NCBI GenBank assembly: GCA_025594325.1
Contig: JANHCV010000002.1
Location: forward strand, 2,046,001-2,110,000
Direction: 5' to 3'
DNA length: 64,000 nucleotides
Source of the DNA: Blastocladiella emersonii ATCC 22665
Taxonomy: Eukaryota; Fungi; Blastocladiomycota
Below are positions 9,796 to 24,326 of this stretch, one piece after another. A program made the position numbers and the translations under genes. The first letter of the stretch is position 1, and every line of letters starts with the position of its first letter. The notes below the pieces were generated by a model, which was given only the letters and a program-made list of their open reading frames with translations, was not told where the DNA came from and made no database searches.

Positions 9796-12020
9796 TCAGC
9801 CGGAAATGTCGTCTAAAGCTTTGCCTGAATCTCTATCCAAGGCCGCCCCAGCAACCGGTTCGGAGATAAGCCGCGTGATGAGCTGAGGATCAAGGAGGTC
9901 TTTGGCCGGGAGGTCCTGAGGAACGAGGCGAAAAATAGCACCGGTGATGCTGCCAGCCTTGATCTCTTCCCGCAACGAAGCCAAACCGCCGCTGTATAAT
10001 GCATGTGCGGCGACTCGGGCGGACTCGAACAAACTGCAATCGCATGAATGCGAGCGCGCCTCGTCGCGGCCAGCCGCGTCCGCCATCTCGCAGAGTCGCG
10101 CCCACGGCTTGTCAACAAGACCCCCAAGTGCGGTCCAGTATTTGGGCCCACACACTTCCCAAAGCTTGGCAACGAGCTGGCGCCAAGGTCGTTGCGCCAC
10201 AAGCGGGCAGTGATGGCAAAGCTGTTTTGCGTCGCGGAAATAGTCAAGGCGAGCAGGTGCGCAGGTGACGCCGTCGGGTGCAAAGATAGCGCGAATAACT
10301 GCGCAGAGGAGATGGGGCGCACACCTGTCCTCGGAAATAACCTCCAAAAAATCGTCCTTGATGGCGGAATCCGCTGCACCTGAAGCGAGAATCCACGTCA
10401 AGTCGACAGCCGCGGTCCAGAGCGCGCGGCTGCCATTTGCGTCCGTTGCGGGTGATGCGAGTAGCTGGACTGGGACAATCAATTGACCGTCTTCTTTGTC
10501 GAAGAGCGCGTTGAGCTGCCACTCTAGCTCGCGCGGATCGTCTTGTACCGAGCAGTGTGCGTGGACAAAGTCATGGAGCGTCAGACCGGTCCCGCTGAAG
10601 TGAGGTCCTGGAACAAGAGCATAGTGGAGCACGGCCACGGCGGTCTCTGGGAACCCTCGATCATCCCGCCGACCGTCGACATAGGCTACGCTCGGTTTAC
10701 TTTGAGTTAGCTCAACTTTGCACAGGTGGCGAGTTATTGAAACATACCATCGATGAGCAGCTTCTTCCACGCCTCGGGCGAGTACCGCTCGCAGATTCGC
10801 GCGACGTAATCGAATTCTTCGCGCACGAGTTCAGCGCCAACAATGAAGCTCCAGCACTTTTGCGCAACAAGTCCGTGACGTTCAAGCAGGTCGAGATCCG
10901 TGAGCGAAAGGTCGTCGTCGACCCACCCAGCAATATGGGTCCCGAGGCGCCACCGCTCGGTTTCGTCCTCTTCCAAGTCATCCAGCGGCGTGTTGAAAAG
11001 GTACGCGTCGCCAAGCTGCTCGTTGAAGGTGAGTGCAGGCGCAACAATCTCCGAGAATCGCGAAAGGAGCGGGATAAAGACGTTGCTGCCCATGCGTGCC
11101 GCCGCGCGGACGTAGCTACCACGCGTGTCGGCTCCCAGCTGCGCGTGACGCTCGAAGATCCAGTTGAAGATTGCAAGCGGGTGGTCGGCAGGATCCAGCG
11201 GCTCCGCGGACCCGAGCGCAAAGTCAACGGGTCCATCCATTGCAAGAAGCGACATGACCGCGGACTGGTCGACTTGGTACCGCGGCTCGTTGAGGAGCAT
11301 CAGGAAGGACGGGTGATCCCAAGGCAGCACGGCAAGGTAAGCGAGCGCAGTGGGAAAAGGCACCGGAGCTTCGGGCATGTCGTAATCATGAGCATAATTG
11401 ATGAGCCCAAGGAAACCATCGACGAACGGGACCCACTCTTCGAGCGCGAGCTTGAGTTCGAGCATTTCGGGCAGCTCGGCAAAGACCATGTCGAGAATAC
11501 GCTGCATCGCCTCGGTTTGGCCAGCTACGGTGGTCCCGACGATGAGCCGGACAAGACAAACGAACGGATCCTTGAAAATAGTGCTGACTCGCTTGAACTC
11601 GTCGACCGCGACGTACGCCGCCAGGGGACCCGCGCGGATGTCGCTCGGGCGGACTCGGCGGCGCAACAGGTTGGCCAACTTGACGAAATAGTCAGCCGGA
11701 ACCGGAGTAGGCGTGTGCGCCGGCTCGTCCGCCCGCCGCGGCCCCTTGTAGCCGAGGTCCACCGACACGATGCGGCCCAGCCAGTCGTCGCGTTCGAGGC
11801 CCGTGCGGAAAGCAAAGTCCGAGATGGAAACGGTCAGAGCAAGAATCCAAGAGGTTGCAACGCATTCGTCGGCGACCGCCGCATGAAGCGAGTTCGAAGC
11901 AGCCGGGACGACAGTTCGCGGTGTGGCGAGCTGGAGGACGAAGCTCATGAGCTCGACGGGAAGCAGCTCAAAGGCATATTCATTTGCTTGCATGGAGTTA
12001 TTCGTAGTTTCGCGCATCAT
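9796..12020 (-). CDS. Family paralog 4, intact, 720 aa; exons 12020-10748 and 10685-9796
   Basis: 62-bp GTATGT...GCTAAC...TAG intron; LLPVELMSFVL start; CHHCP, WARLC, CDC. Confidence 0.85.
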
Positions 12021-12090
12021 GGCGGGCGGGGGAAGGAGCGAGACGGGCCAACGACCGGCGTTGCAAAGCTCGTGATGGCGATCAGGTGTC

Positions 12091-12119
12091 GCACCTCGTG
12101 ATATCTCGACGCGTCTCGC
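12091..12119 (-). promoter_or_regulatory. Family promoter motif upstream of paralog 4
   Basis: GCACCTCGTGATATCTCGACGCGTCTCGC, about 70 bp upstream of the ATG. Confidence 0.5.
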
Positions 12120-12561
12120 CCAGTGTCTCGCCGGCAAGTTAGTCCCCCTGTCGCCGGGTCGTAGCAAGGCGAGGGACTTACTATACTCGAAGCACCTAAA
12201 CGCGAAGCGCGAAGCGCTAGCGCTGGAGCGCATTTGCTCGAACTACGGTAGGCACTCGAGGCAATGGCTGTCGAGGCGAGGAGTGCGGGGTGCGGGTCGA
12301 TGAGGCCGTACATACGCTTGGCGGGGCGTCCACGACGGCAGCCGGCGGCCGCGGAGCGCTAGCATGGTTGAAGTCAAGGGGCTGTTCAGCGAACGAGCTG
12401 GCAATCCCGGAACATGGGTACTGTATCTCGGCGTGTCTCTCCCCTCGCTTGTGTCTCACCATCACACAGCCAGCACATCCGGTCTCGTCAGGTGCAGCGA
12501 GGCGAGGGACACACAAAACTCGCCATCTATCTATTCTCTTACTCTTACTCTATCTCAAACT

Positions 12562-14831
12562 CTACGCGCTCGCGTTCCGGTGCCCGACCCCCGCGCTCCG
12601 CGGCCGCACAATCTGCTCGACCTGACCGCCGGGGAGGTACAGCACCGCGGGCTCCTCGCGCGGTTCCACCTCACGGGCGCGACCGGGCAGGTACAGCGTG
12701 CCCGCGTCCACGGCCGAATTGGCACCGAAATCCGTCGCCGTCGGGGTCGGGGGCGGCGACGCCGCGCCGGCGAGCTCGGCGCTGAACAGGGCCGCGTAGT
12801 ACGCCTTGGCCTCGGCGGGGAGCAGCGCGATGCTCTCGCGGGTGAAGACGGGGACGGGCGCCGCGGGCGGCTCGGTGGTGGTGGTGACGGGGAGCGAGGC
12901 GACGCTCGTGCGGTGGTTGACCGTGGACGGGAGCGAGGTCATGCTGTCGCGGTGCGAGACGGCGGCGAGGTCGCGCGTCGTCGGCGTGGCCGAGTCCGAC
13001 GAAGTCGAGAACGCGGCCGCGAGGTCCGGAACAATTGTGACCGTGGCCGAGGGCGTAGACGACGCGCGGCTCACGGGCACCGCCGGGGTGGGCGGGACGG
13101 GCTTCGCCGCGAGCGCCGCGATCCGCGCGACGTCCGCGGGGTCGAGCTGCATCGTGTTGCGCTTGAGCTGCTTGGCGAGGCGGCGGTTGCGGCGGACAAT
13201 GTACGCGAACATGGCGGCGATGAGGACGACGGCTGCGCCGGCGAGACCGACGACGAGGCCGATCGGGAAGGGCTTCTCGGTGCCAGTCGAGTCGGCACCG
13301 CGCGCGCCAGCGGCGGGCGAGGGCGCGGAGGTGGTGCACTTGGCGAGGTTCGGCAGTCGGGCGAGGTTCGCGTAGCACGGGCCGGTGAGACCAGACGGGA
13401 TGCACGTGAAGTTGTTCTTCTCGGTCGAGGTGATGCTGACGAGCGAGCAGGTCGTGCTACACGGTTCCAAGTGTGAGTTTGGGGTTGAATCGAAGGGAGG
13501 TCAACGGGAAAGCGTACTTGATACTGGCAAAGGGCAGGTGGTCGATCCGGCCGGTAAAAGAGTTGTTGCCGAGCTGCCTACAGATCGTACACGAGCGTCA
13601 GTGCGCGTTGAGAGCAACTGCGGCCGCCGCAAACGTACAGTTGGTTGAGCGACGTCAAGTCGGCCATGCCAGGCGGAAGCTCTCCACGGAGGTCAATGTT
13701 GTTGTCGAGGTACCTAGAGCGGCCGACGAAGGTCAGCCATGATCAAGATCAGCTACGTTTGCGCCCAACGTACAGCTCCTTGAGGTTGCGCAGCTTCTCA
13801 ATCGAGCGCGGGATCTCGCCGCTGAGCTTGTTGCCGTTCATGTGGCTACACGCGGTTCCCCGCGTCAGTAAGCCCTTGCAGGCGTCCGCTCCGACCCTCG
13901 ACGACGTACATGAGCTTGGCGGAGACCATGGTCCCAATCTCAGCCGGGATCGAGCCGTTGAGACCCGCGTACGCGACCTTCCTGCTCGCGCGCGACCGAG
14001 TCAGCCATGCCCTCACGCGCGAACCAGCTGATCACGTACAGGTCGAGCAGGTTGGGCGGGAAAAAGTCCTTGGGGATCCCGCCCTCAAGTTTGTTGTACG
14101 AGAGACTCCTACATCGCAGGGGCGCGCTTGGTCAGTCAGGCGCGACCACGGTGAGCTGGGAGCGGCCGGTCGTACAGGTACTTGAGCTTGTCGTTCTTGG
14201 CGAACCCCGGCGGGATGGGCCCGGAGAGGTTGTTGGTGTCGACGTAGCTACACATCCACGAAAGGTTTGAGTGCTGTTTGAGCCGCGGAGCGCGCGAGCT
14301 CGGCCGGGACGTACATGGTGACGAAGCTCGTCGAGTCGGCGAGACTCTGCGGGATCGAGCCCGTAAGCTGGTTGCCGTTGAGCCACCTATATCAGCGACA
14401 GTGAGCGTCAGCGACACGAGCAAGCGGTCGAGGCAGTACGCGTACAGGATGCTGAGCTTGGCCAGCTTGCCGAGGTCCTTGGGGATATCGCCCGTGAGGT
14501 TGTTGCTGCTGAGTTTCCTACACGCCATGCTCGCGTCAGCTACTGCGAGCCCACGCTCGCACATGCAAAGTAACCGCACAAATGCTCGAGACTTGTCAAG
14601 GACGTGATGCTCGGCGGGATCGAGCCGCCCGCGAGGGTCTTCTCCAGCGAGCTACACCACCACAACCGGTTCAGCCTCCTCCACTTGACACATGCAGGGT
14701 AGCGAGAACGGGAGGACGAACATGGTCATGACCCGGCCGTCGTTGCACCGGATGCCCGGCCACAGGCAGCAGTTGGGCTCGGTCGCGTTGCGGTAGCCGA
14801 GGTCGCCGAGGACGGCGCAGTCCGACGCCAT
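12562..14831 (-). CDS. Plant-type LRR receptor-like membrane protein, about 11 exons, no kinase domain
   Basis: N-cap CCLWPGIRCNDGRV; nine LxxNxLxGxIP-type repeats, one per 60-75 nt exon; Cys-rich juxtamembrane region; TM IGLVVGLAGAAVVLIAAMFAYIV followed by RRNRR; low-complexity tail. Confidence 0.85.
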
Positions 14832-15150
14832 GGTTGCGGTCGCAAGTCTCGTTGCAGCGAGAGCAGATCAGGGCGAGGAGAGCGAGGACAAGACCGGCTC
14901 GTTCGACTCGCTGAGGGCGTCGCGGCGCCGCCACGAAGCGGGCGCTGGACAGCGAGGTGGCCCATGTGTGCCCCGCCGGCCGCCACCGTGCAAACCGGCG
15001 GCCGGTCCCTCCGTGTCCGCGGCCCCACGTTGCCTCGCGAACTGTCCGTGCGGACCGAGTGCGTCAAGTTACATATAGCCTAAGAGCCCGCAGGCGATAC
15101 ATTTCGATAGTTCTAAGGGAGAGAGCGCGACAGGAGCGACGCGTGCCGCT

Positions 15151-17872
15151 TCACGACGCGATCGCGGGCTCGTCGTCGCCCTCACCGCCTGGTGGCGCCG
15201 CCCCGTCATCCGCCGGCGTCGCCGCCGCCGCACGCACCGCGCGCTTTCCGCGTGCGCGCGCCGCGCCGAACGTGGCGTCGAGCTTCTCGTACTGCCGCAG
15301 CTCGGCGCGGGAGACCGACGGCGCGACGTTCTCGAGCGCGTTGTCGAAGTGGCGCGGACCGACGAGGAGCGGGTAATCGGGCCCGGCGCCGTCGGTGCCG
15401 CCGCCAGCGGCGAGGTACTCGCGGAGTGCGTCGACGGAGGCCTCGCGGACGAGGGCCGACAGGTCGGCACCGCTGAACCCGTCGCAGCGGTTGTCGAGGG
15501 CGACGGCGCGCAGGTCGACGTCGGGGTGCAGCGGGGTCTTGCGGGTCATGGTGGCGAGGATCTCGACGCGCTCGGCGGGCTGCGGGAGGCGCACGTGCAG
15601 GAGCTTGTCGAGGCGGCCGGGGCGGAGCATGGCGGGGTCGAGGATATCGGGGCGGTTGGTGGCCGCGATGATGTACACGGCGCGGCGCGAGTCGAGCCCG
15701 TCGAGCTCGGTGAGCAGCGTGTTGACGACGCGCGACGAGGCCTCGGATTTGGCGTCGTCGCGGCGCGGCACCAGCGCGTCGATCTCGTCGAAGAAGATGA
15801 CGCACGGCGCCGACGCGCGGGCCCGGGCAAACACCTGGCGCACCGCGCGCTCGCTCTCGCCGACGTACTTGTTGAGCAGCTCGGGGCCCTTGACCGAGAT
15901 GAAGTTGCTGTGCGCCTCGTTCGCCACCGCCTTGGCCAGCAGGGTCTTGCCGCACCCGGGCGGGCCCCAGAGCAGCACGCCGGCGGGCGCGTCGATGCCG
16001 ACGCTCGCAAACAGGTCCGGGTGCGCGACCGGGTTGACGATGGCCATGCGCAGCTCGGCGCGAACCGCCGCCAGCGCGCCGATCTGGTCCCATGACACGT
16101 CCGGGACCGTCGCGAACCCCTCGCGCTTGCTGCTCGGCTGCACCTTGGGCAGCGCCGCGTGGAAGTCGTCGAGCGTGATGGCCAGGTTCTCGAGCATCGC
16201 GTCGGGCAGGCGCGTCGGGTGCGCGCGGAGGAACTGCGCGATGGTCGAGGTGCCGAGCGCGTCGTCGTTGGCCGACACGGACGCGGCGGGGATGACGGCG
16301 GCGGCGCCCGCGAGGACCTCGTCGAGGGTCGGCGGGGCGGGGCTCGCGTCCGCCTCGGACTCGGCGACGGCCGAATCGGAAGGAGCGGCGGTGGAGGCGC
16401 CGTCGACATCCATGGCCTCCTCGGGCTCGGCGACGGCAGCAACAGCGGGCGCGGCGAGCGTCTGGGCCTGGAGCATCTCGAAGACGCGCTTGACGGCGAT
16501 CATGCCGGCCTCGGTTGTGAGGGCGGTGAGGTCAGCGCCGACGTATCCGGGGGTGATGCGAGCGATAGCGCGGAAGTCAAAGTCGCCGGCGAGGCGGAGC
16601 TTAGCGCCGAGGACCTCGAGGATCTTGACGCGGCCGTCCTCGTCGGGGACGCCCATGGTGATTTCGCGGTCGAACCGTCCAGCGCGGCGGAGCGCCGGGT
16701 CGAGGCTGTCGGGTCGGTTGGTGGCGCCCATGATGATGACGGGGTGCTGTACGAGGTCCTCGTCCGAGAGGTCGTCCATGGACTTGAGCAGCTGGGTGAC
16801 GATGCGGCGCTCCATGTCCTTTGACGAGCTCTCGCGCTTCTGGGTGATGGCGTCGATCTCGTCAATGAACAGGATGCAGGGGGCCGCGCGCATGGCCTCG
16901 TCGAAGATGTCGCGGATCTTCTTCTCGGACTCGCCCGACATGCCCGACACGATGGTGGTGGCGGCAATGTCGAAGAAGGGCACCTTGAACTGGCCCGCCA
17001 GGGCGCGCGCGGTGCTGGTCTTGCCGCACCCGGGCGGCCCGTTGAGCAGGATCCCGCGCGTCGGCTTCACGCCCATGCGCTGGTACACCTCCGGGTGCGT
17101 GAGCGGCAGCGCGACGAGCTCGAGCAGCGACTCGACGATCTTGTCGATGCCGCCGAGATCGGCCAGCGTCGTCGTCGGGATGTACGCCTGGTTCGGGCGG
17201 CGCTTGTTGCGGCCCGACGTGACGTCGTCTGCGAGCGGGAGTGCAGTGGGTCAGGGAGCGATTTGAGGTGCGAGGGTGGGAGCGAAAGGGCGTACCGTTC
17301 TCGCCGGTCTTGCGGCGCTTACCGTCCTTGCCGGTAGCCTCCTTGGCGGGCCGCTTGGTCGCGGTCGGCGTCGTCGGCGCGGACGCGGGAGCAGCGACGG
17401 GCGCGCCGTCGGCGCCCACGATCGCGACAGGCCCGTTGGTCGACACGACACCGTTCGCGGGCGTGGGCGTGGTATCAATGACGGCCGACTTGCGCACGGC
17501 CGCAGCGGCCGCCGTCGTATCGTTCATCGACGCGCGCTGCTCGCCGCTGAGGTACTGGGACCGGACGAGCTGGTTGAGGCGGTTCCCGCGGCCGGCGTAC
17601 ATGGCGTCGTCGTCGACCTCGGGTTCGCTCGGCTCCTCCTCATCCTCGCCGGCCTCGGCGCGCGCGGCAGCCGTCTCGGTGACGAGGGCGACGAGCGTCG
17701 ACTCGATGGCGGCGTCGAGCAGCTTCTCCTTGGCGCGGCGCAGGCGCACGTTGTGGTTGCGGACGCGGTCGCGCAGCACCGACATGGGCAGGTCCAGGAT
17801 CGCGGGCTCGGCCGCGGCGATGGCGCGCACCGCGGTCACGGTCGCGGCGTGCGCGTTGAAGGGGGGCGCCAT
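15151..17872 (-). CDS. RIX7: AAA+ ATPase Rix7/NVL (60S biogenesis), 884 aa; intron 17229-17295
   Basis: Two AAA domains (GPPGCGKT twice, FIDEID/FFDEID, GVSGESE-like SGMSGESE, NKYVGESE) and a Rix7-type N-terminus. Confidence 0.93.
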
Positions 17873-18797
17873 TTACGGGTTCGCGGAAGGGAGATGCATG
17901 CGGCGACGGTGCGCCGTGGTGTGGTCCGTGGTTGAAGGAGGGAGGGGAGGAGAGAGGGACGGCGATCTGTCTCCGGGCTGTCTCGCACTCGCGAAACCGC
18001 ACGGCAACCCGCCACGTGGGCCCAGCTGAGGGGCGCAGCGCGGCGTGCTAATACGCTTCTACTACGTAATAATGATCATAATATGGACCATCAGTCGCTC
18101 CAGCGTTCAAGCAAACAATTTCGTGAAGAGGGGTGGTATTGGAGCCCATTCTTCTCGAAGGCCGGGGTCAGGTGATGGGGCGGAGCCGGCCGGCCAGGCA
18201 GCGGCCCCGGTGCGCGGTCGCGGACCCGCCCTCTCCGCCGCCGCCGCCGCTGCTTGGCCGCCACCTCACACCGCCCGCACTCGACGCACTCGACGCACCC
18301 CGCACACCCCACGCAACGAACCAAATTTTCTTCCGCGAGTGTGCGAGCGCTGCCGCTCCCCGCCCTACCCGACCCCGGACTCGCTGCACGCCTCGCTCGC
18401 TCGTGTCTGGCTCGAGGACCGCCCCATCGACGACCCGCATCGATTCGGACCCGCATCGCTGCTGCCGACTCGCAGACCGATTGCGCCGGCACTTCCGAAC
18501 GTCTGCCGTTGCTGCTGTTCCGCTGGTGACCCGCTCCATCGAGTGAGCGGCCCCCGCAACACGGCCCCGCCACCCGCCGCACCTCCACCACCACCGAGTT
18601 TCTCTCCCCGCAGCTCGGCCGCTTGACGCCGTACTGTCGTCGCCTCCTCGCTGGTGGGTTTCTTGGTCAGCGACCGCACCCGCGCTCGTCGGCCGACCGC
18701 TGCGGGCGCGCATCAAGTGTGGCGCAAGGTTGACGCGCTCTCGCTTGTCGTGTAGCGCCTCCTCCCTCCTCGCCGCTCCCCTCGACCAGCTGCAACC

Positions 18798-21530
<2,733 letters not shown>

Positions 21531-21840
21531 GTGGAGTTGTTCGCGTCGCCGTCGTTTTTTTTTGTGTTGTATACGCTCTGCTTTACAGTTTTTCGTCGCC
21601 TATCCCACTCACTCTCGAGTCATATTATACATACATGCTGCTACACTCAAGATCTCGTTGACTCGGGGCAGTGATGGGCGCATGGCACCGAGTCCAGTGA
21701 CGCCAGCTGACCGCGACGCGCGACTCGAGGCACGCCCGCGGCAGTGTGGCGGCTTGCTGGCCCGAACGTTGTCCGTTCACGCCCAACTCTGCTCCACCGC
21801 AAACGAAGCACCCCCATTTTGCAACGTAACACACATCACC

Positions 21841-22324
21841 ATGTCCGGAGGCCAGCACGCAGTCAACAAGGCGCACCGCTACAAGGTCAGCCTGACGCGG
21901 TCCCTGCGGCGCAAGGTCAAGGCGCGCCGCGAGGAGTCGTCGCCCGTGGCGCCGATCCCGGCCGTCGTCTTCTCCAACATCACGCCGTCCAAGAAGCGCC
22001 TCCGCCGCAACACCAACCGTGGCCTTCAGCGCGCCATCGCCAAGCTCCGCGAGTCGGGCGTGATTGGCGGCGCAGGCAAGGCCGTCAGCGGTGGGGATGT
22101 TGAGATGAAGGGTGCGTTGTTGCTGCGGCGGCGACATGGTGATGCCGAAGGTGATGCTGACGCGCGCGTGCCTGGATGTAGACGCCGAGCACGAGGTGAT
22201 CGTGTCCAAGGAGCAGCGCAAGGCCAAGAAGGCCGCCGCCAAGTCGGCTGCCGCGGCCGCGTCCGGCGACTCGATGGAGGTCGATGGCGCCGAGAACCGC
22301 CGTGCCCGCCGCATGAAGCGCTAA
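21841..22324 (+). CDS. Small basic two-exon protein, possibly an Alb1-like ribosome-biogenesis factor
   Basis: GT...GCTGAC...TAG intron joins DVEMK to DAEHEV...; ITPSKKRLRR and DVEM resemble recalled Alb1 motifs. The family call is weak. Confidence 0.55.
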
Positions 22325-22705
22325 GGTGACGGCGACCACGACGGCCACGGCCGCGCACCGGTCTTCCGATTGATGTTGTTGTTTCCGTTCTCTCGTTAGC
22401 CATTTCCCCTTCCGGAATCCCTGTAATGTACATAGATTTCTCTCACTCGTCATCGCCATGGTCCCGAACGAGTCAGACAGGCGAATCCGAGTTGCTGGGC
22501 AGCAAGGAGTCGCGCGAAAAGGGCAGGGATCCCTGCCAATCGCGCACGTGATGCTTACGGCTCACGAGGCGAGATCGCGCGCGCAGCCGGTCGGCGGGCC
22601 GGGGAAGCGGGCGCGGGGACCGGGCCGCCCCTCACCATCGGCGCCCGCTCCCGCTCTCCCTCTTGTCCGATGCTAAGAGCTGTCTCTGCTACGAATCAAC
22701 AATCC

Positions 22706-24326
22706 ATGATGCTGCGCTCCGCCATCCTCTGCCGGGCAGCTGCCTCCACCGCGGCCCGTACCGCCGCGACCCGGGCCACGGCCCCCGCTCTGACGGCGGC
22801 GACGACGACCATGACTCGCGCGACGGCGGGTTTCGGTAAGTAGCCGACACGCTGCTGCTGATCCTTAGCGGGCAGAGCGCTCGCTGAAGAGATTGGTGGG
22901 ACTGACACGCCGCCCGCGCGCAATCTGATTAGCCGCGCGCCGCACGCTCGCGACGGCGACGAACGATGCGCCCAAGCTGTCCCCCGCACCGCACTCCAAG
23001 TCGGCGTCGTCGCTGGGCGACCCGGCCGACGTGCACGGCGAGCTGCGGGTGCCGGGGTTCACGGTCACCGCCACCTCGACGTCGGCGACCACGACCACGG
23101 GCGTGCCGCGGCCCATCTACCTCGACTACCAGGCGACGACGCCGACGGACCCGCGCGTCGTGGACGCGATGCTGCCGTACTTCTCGGACCGGTTCGGCAA
23201 CCCGCACAGCCGCACGCACGCGTTCGGGTGGGAGTCGGAGGCGGCCGTCGAGGACGCGCGCGCTGAGATCGCCCAGCTCGTGGGCGCCGACGCCAAGGAG
23301 ATTATCTTCACGTCCGGCGCGACCGAGTCCAACAACCTCGCCGTCAAGGGCGTGGCGCGCTTCTACCGCAAGGCCCGCGGCAAGAACCACATCATCACCA
23401 CCCAGACCGAGCACAAGTGCGTGCTCGACTCGTGCCGCGTGCTGCAGGAGGACGGGTTCGAGGTCACCTACCTCCCCGTGCAGCAGGACGGCCGCGTGCG
23501 CGTCGAGGACGTGGAGGCGGCGCTGCGCCCCGAGACGGCCATCGTGTCGGTCATGACCGTCAACAACGAGATCGGCGTGATCCAGCCCATCGCCGAGCTC
23601 GGCGCCCTGTGCCGCAAGCACAAGGTCTTCTTCCACACGGACGCGGCCCAGGCCGTCGGCAAGATCCCCGTCGACGTCAACGCCATGAACATCGACCTCA
23701 TGTCCATCTCCGGCCACAAGCTGTACGGGCCCAAGGGCATCGGCGCCCTGTACGTGCGCCGCCGCCCGCGCGTCCGCCTCGAGCCCCTCATCTCGGGCGG
23801 CGGCCAGGAGCGCGGCCTGCGGTCCGGCACCGTGCCGACCCCGCTCGTCGTCGGCCTCGGCGAGGCGTGCCGCATCGCCGCCGCCGAGATGCCCAAGGAC
23901 ACGGACCACGTGTCCAAGCTCAGCGAGCGTTTGATCAGGAGCATCACGTCCCGCCTGACCCACGTCGCCCGCAACGGCAGCAGCGAGCAAGCGCACGCGT
24001 ACCCCGGATGCGTCAACCTCTCGTTCGCGTACGTCGAGGGCGAGTCGCTGCTCATGGCACTCAAGGGCGTCGCCCTCAGCTCCGGGTCCGCGTGCACGTC
24101 GGCGTCGCTCGAGCCGTCCTACGTCCTCCGCGCGCTCGGCGCGTCCGACGACATGGCCCACTCGTCGATCCGGTTCGGGATCGGCCGGTTCACCACCGAG
24201 GCCGAGGTCGACGCCGTCGCCGATAAGGTCGTCGACGCCGTCAACCGCCTCCGCGAAATGTCGCCCCTCTGGGAGATGGTCCAGGAGGGGATCGACCTCT
24301 CGACTATTGAGTGGAGCGGCCACTAA
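22706..24326 (+). CDS. NFS1: Mitochondrial cysteine desulfurase, 2 exons
   Basis: Arg/Ala-rich targeting peptide; [22 protein letters not shown] (PLP lysine), [17 protein letters not shown]. Confidence 0.97.

Noticed and set aside
4218-12233. Treating the family as eight separate genes or as overlapping operon-like pairs
   Set aside because: Canonical 60-65 bp introns join each pair in frame at an identical position.
12562-13200. Kinase domain in the LRR gene's cytoplasmic tail
   Set aside because: No kinase motifs; the tail is Ser/Thr/Pro/Ala-rich.
15192-17266. Long antisense and alternate-frame ORFs over RIX7 (likewise over NFS1, NOP53, the coiled-coil gene, CatSper-beta and the permease)
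   Set aside because: Shadow ORFs expected from very high GC3; Arg/Ala/Pro-rich with no motifs.
18045-18626. 193-aa ORF between RIX7 and RSP5
   Set aside because: Low-complexity promoter and 5' UTR sequence without coding bias.
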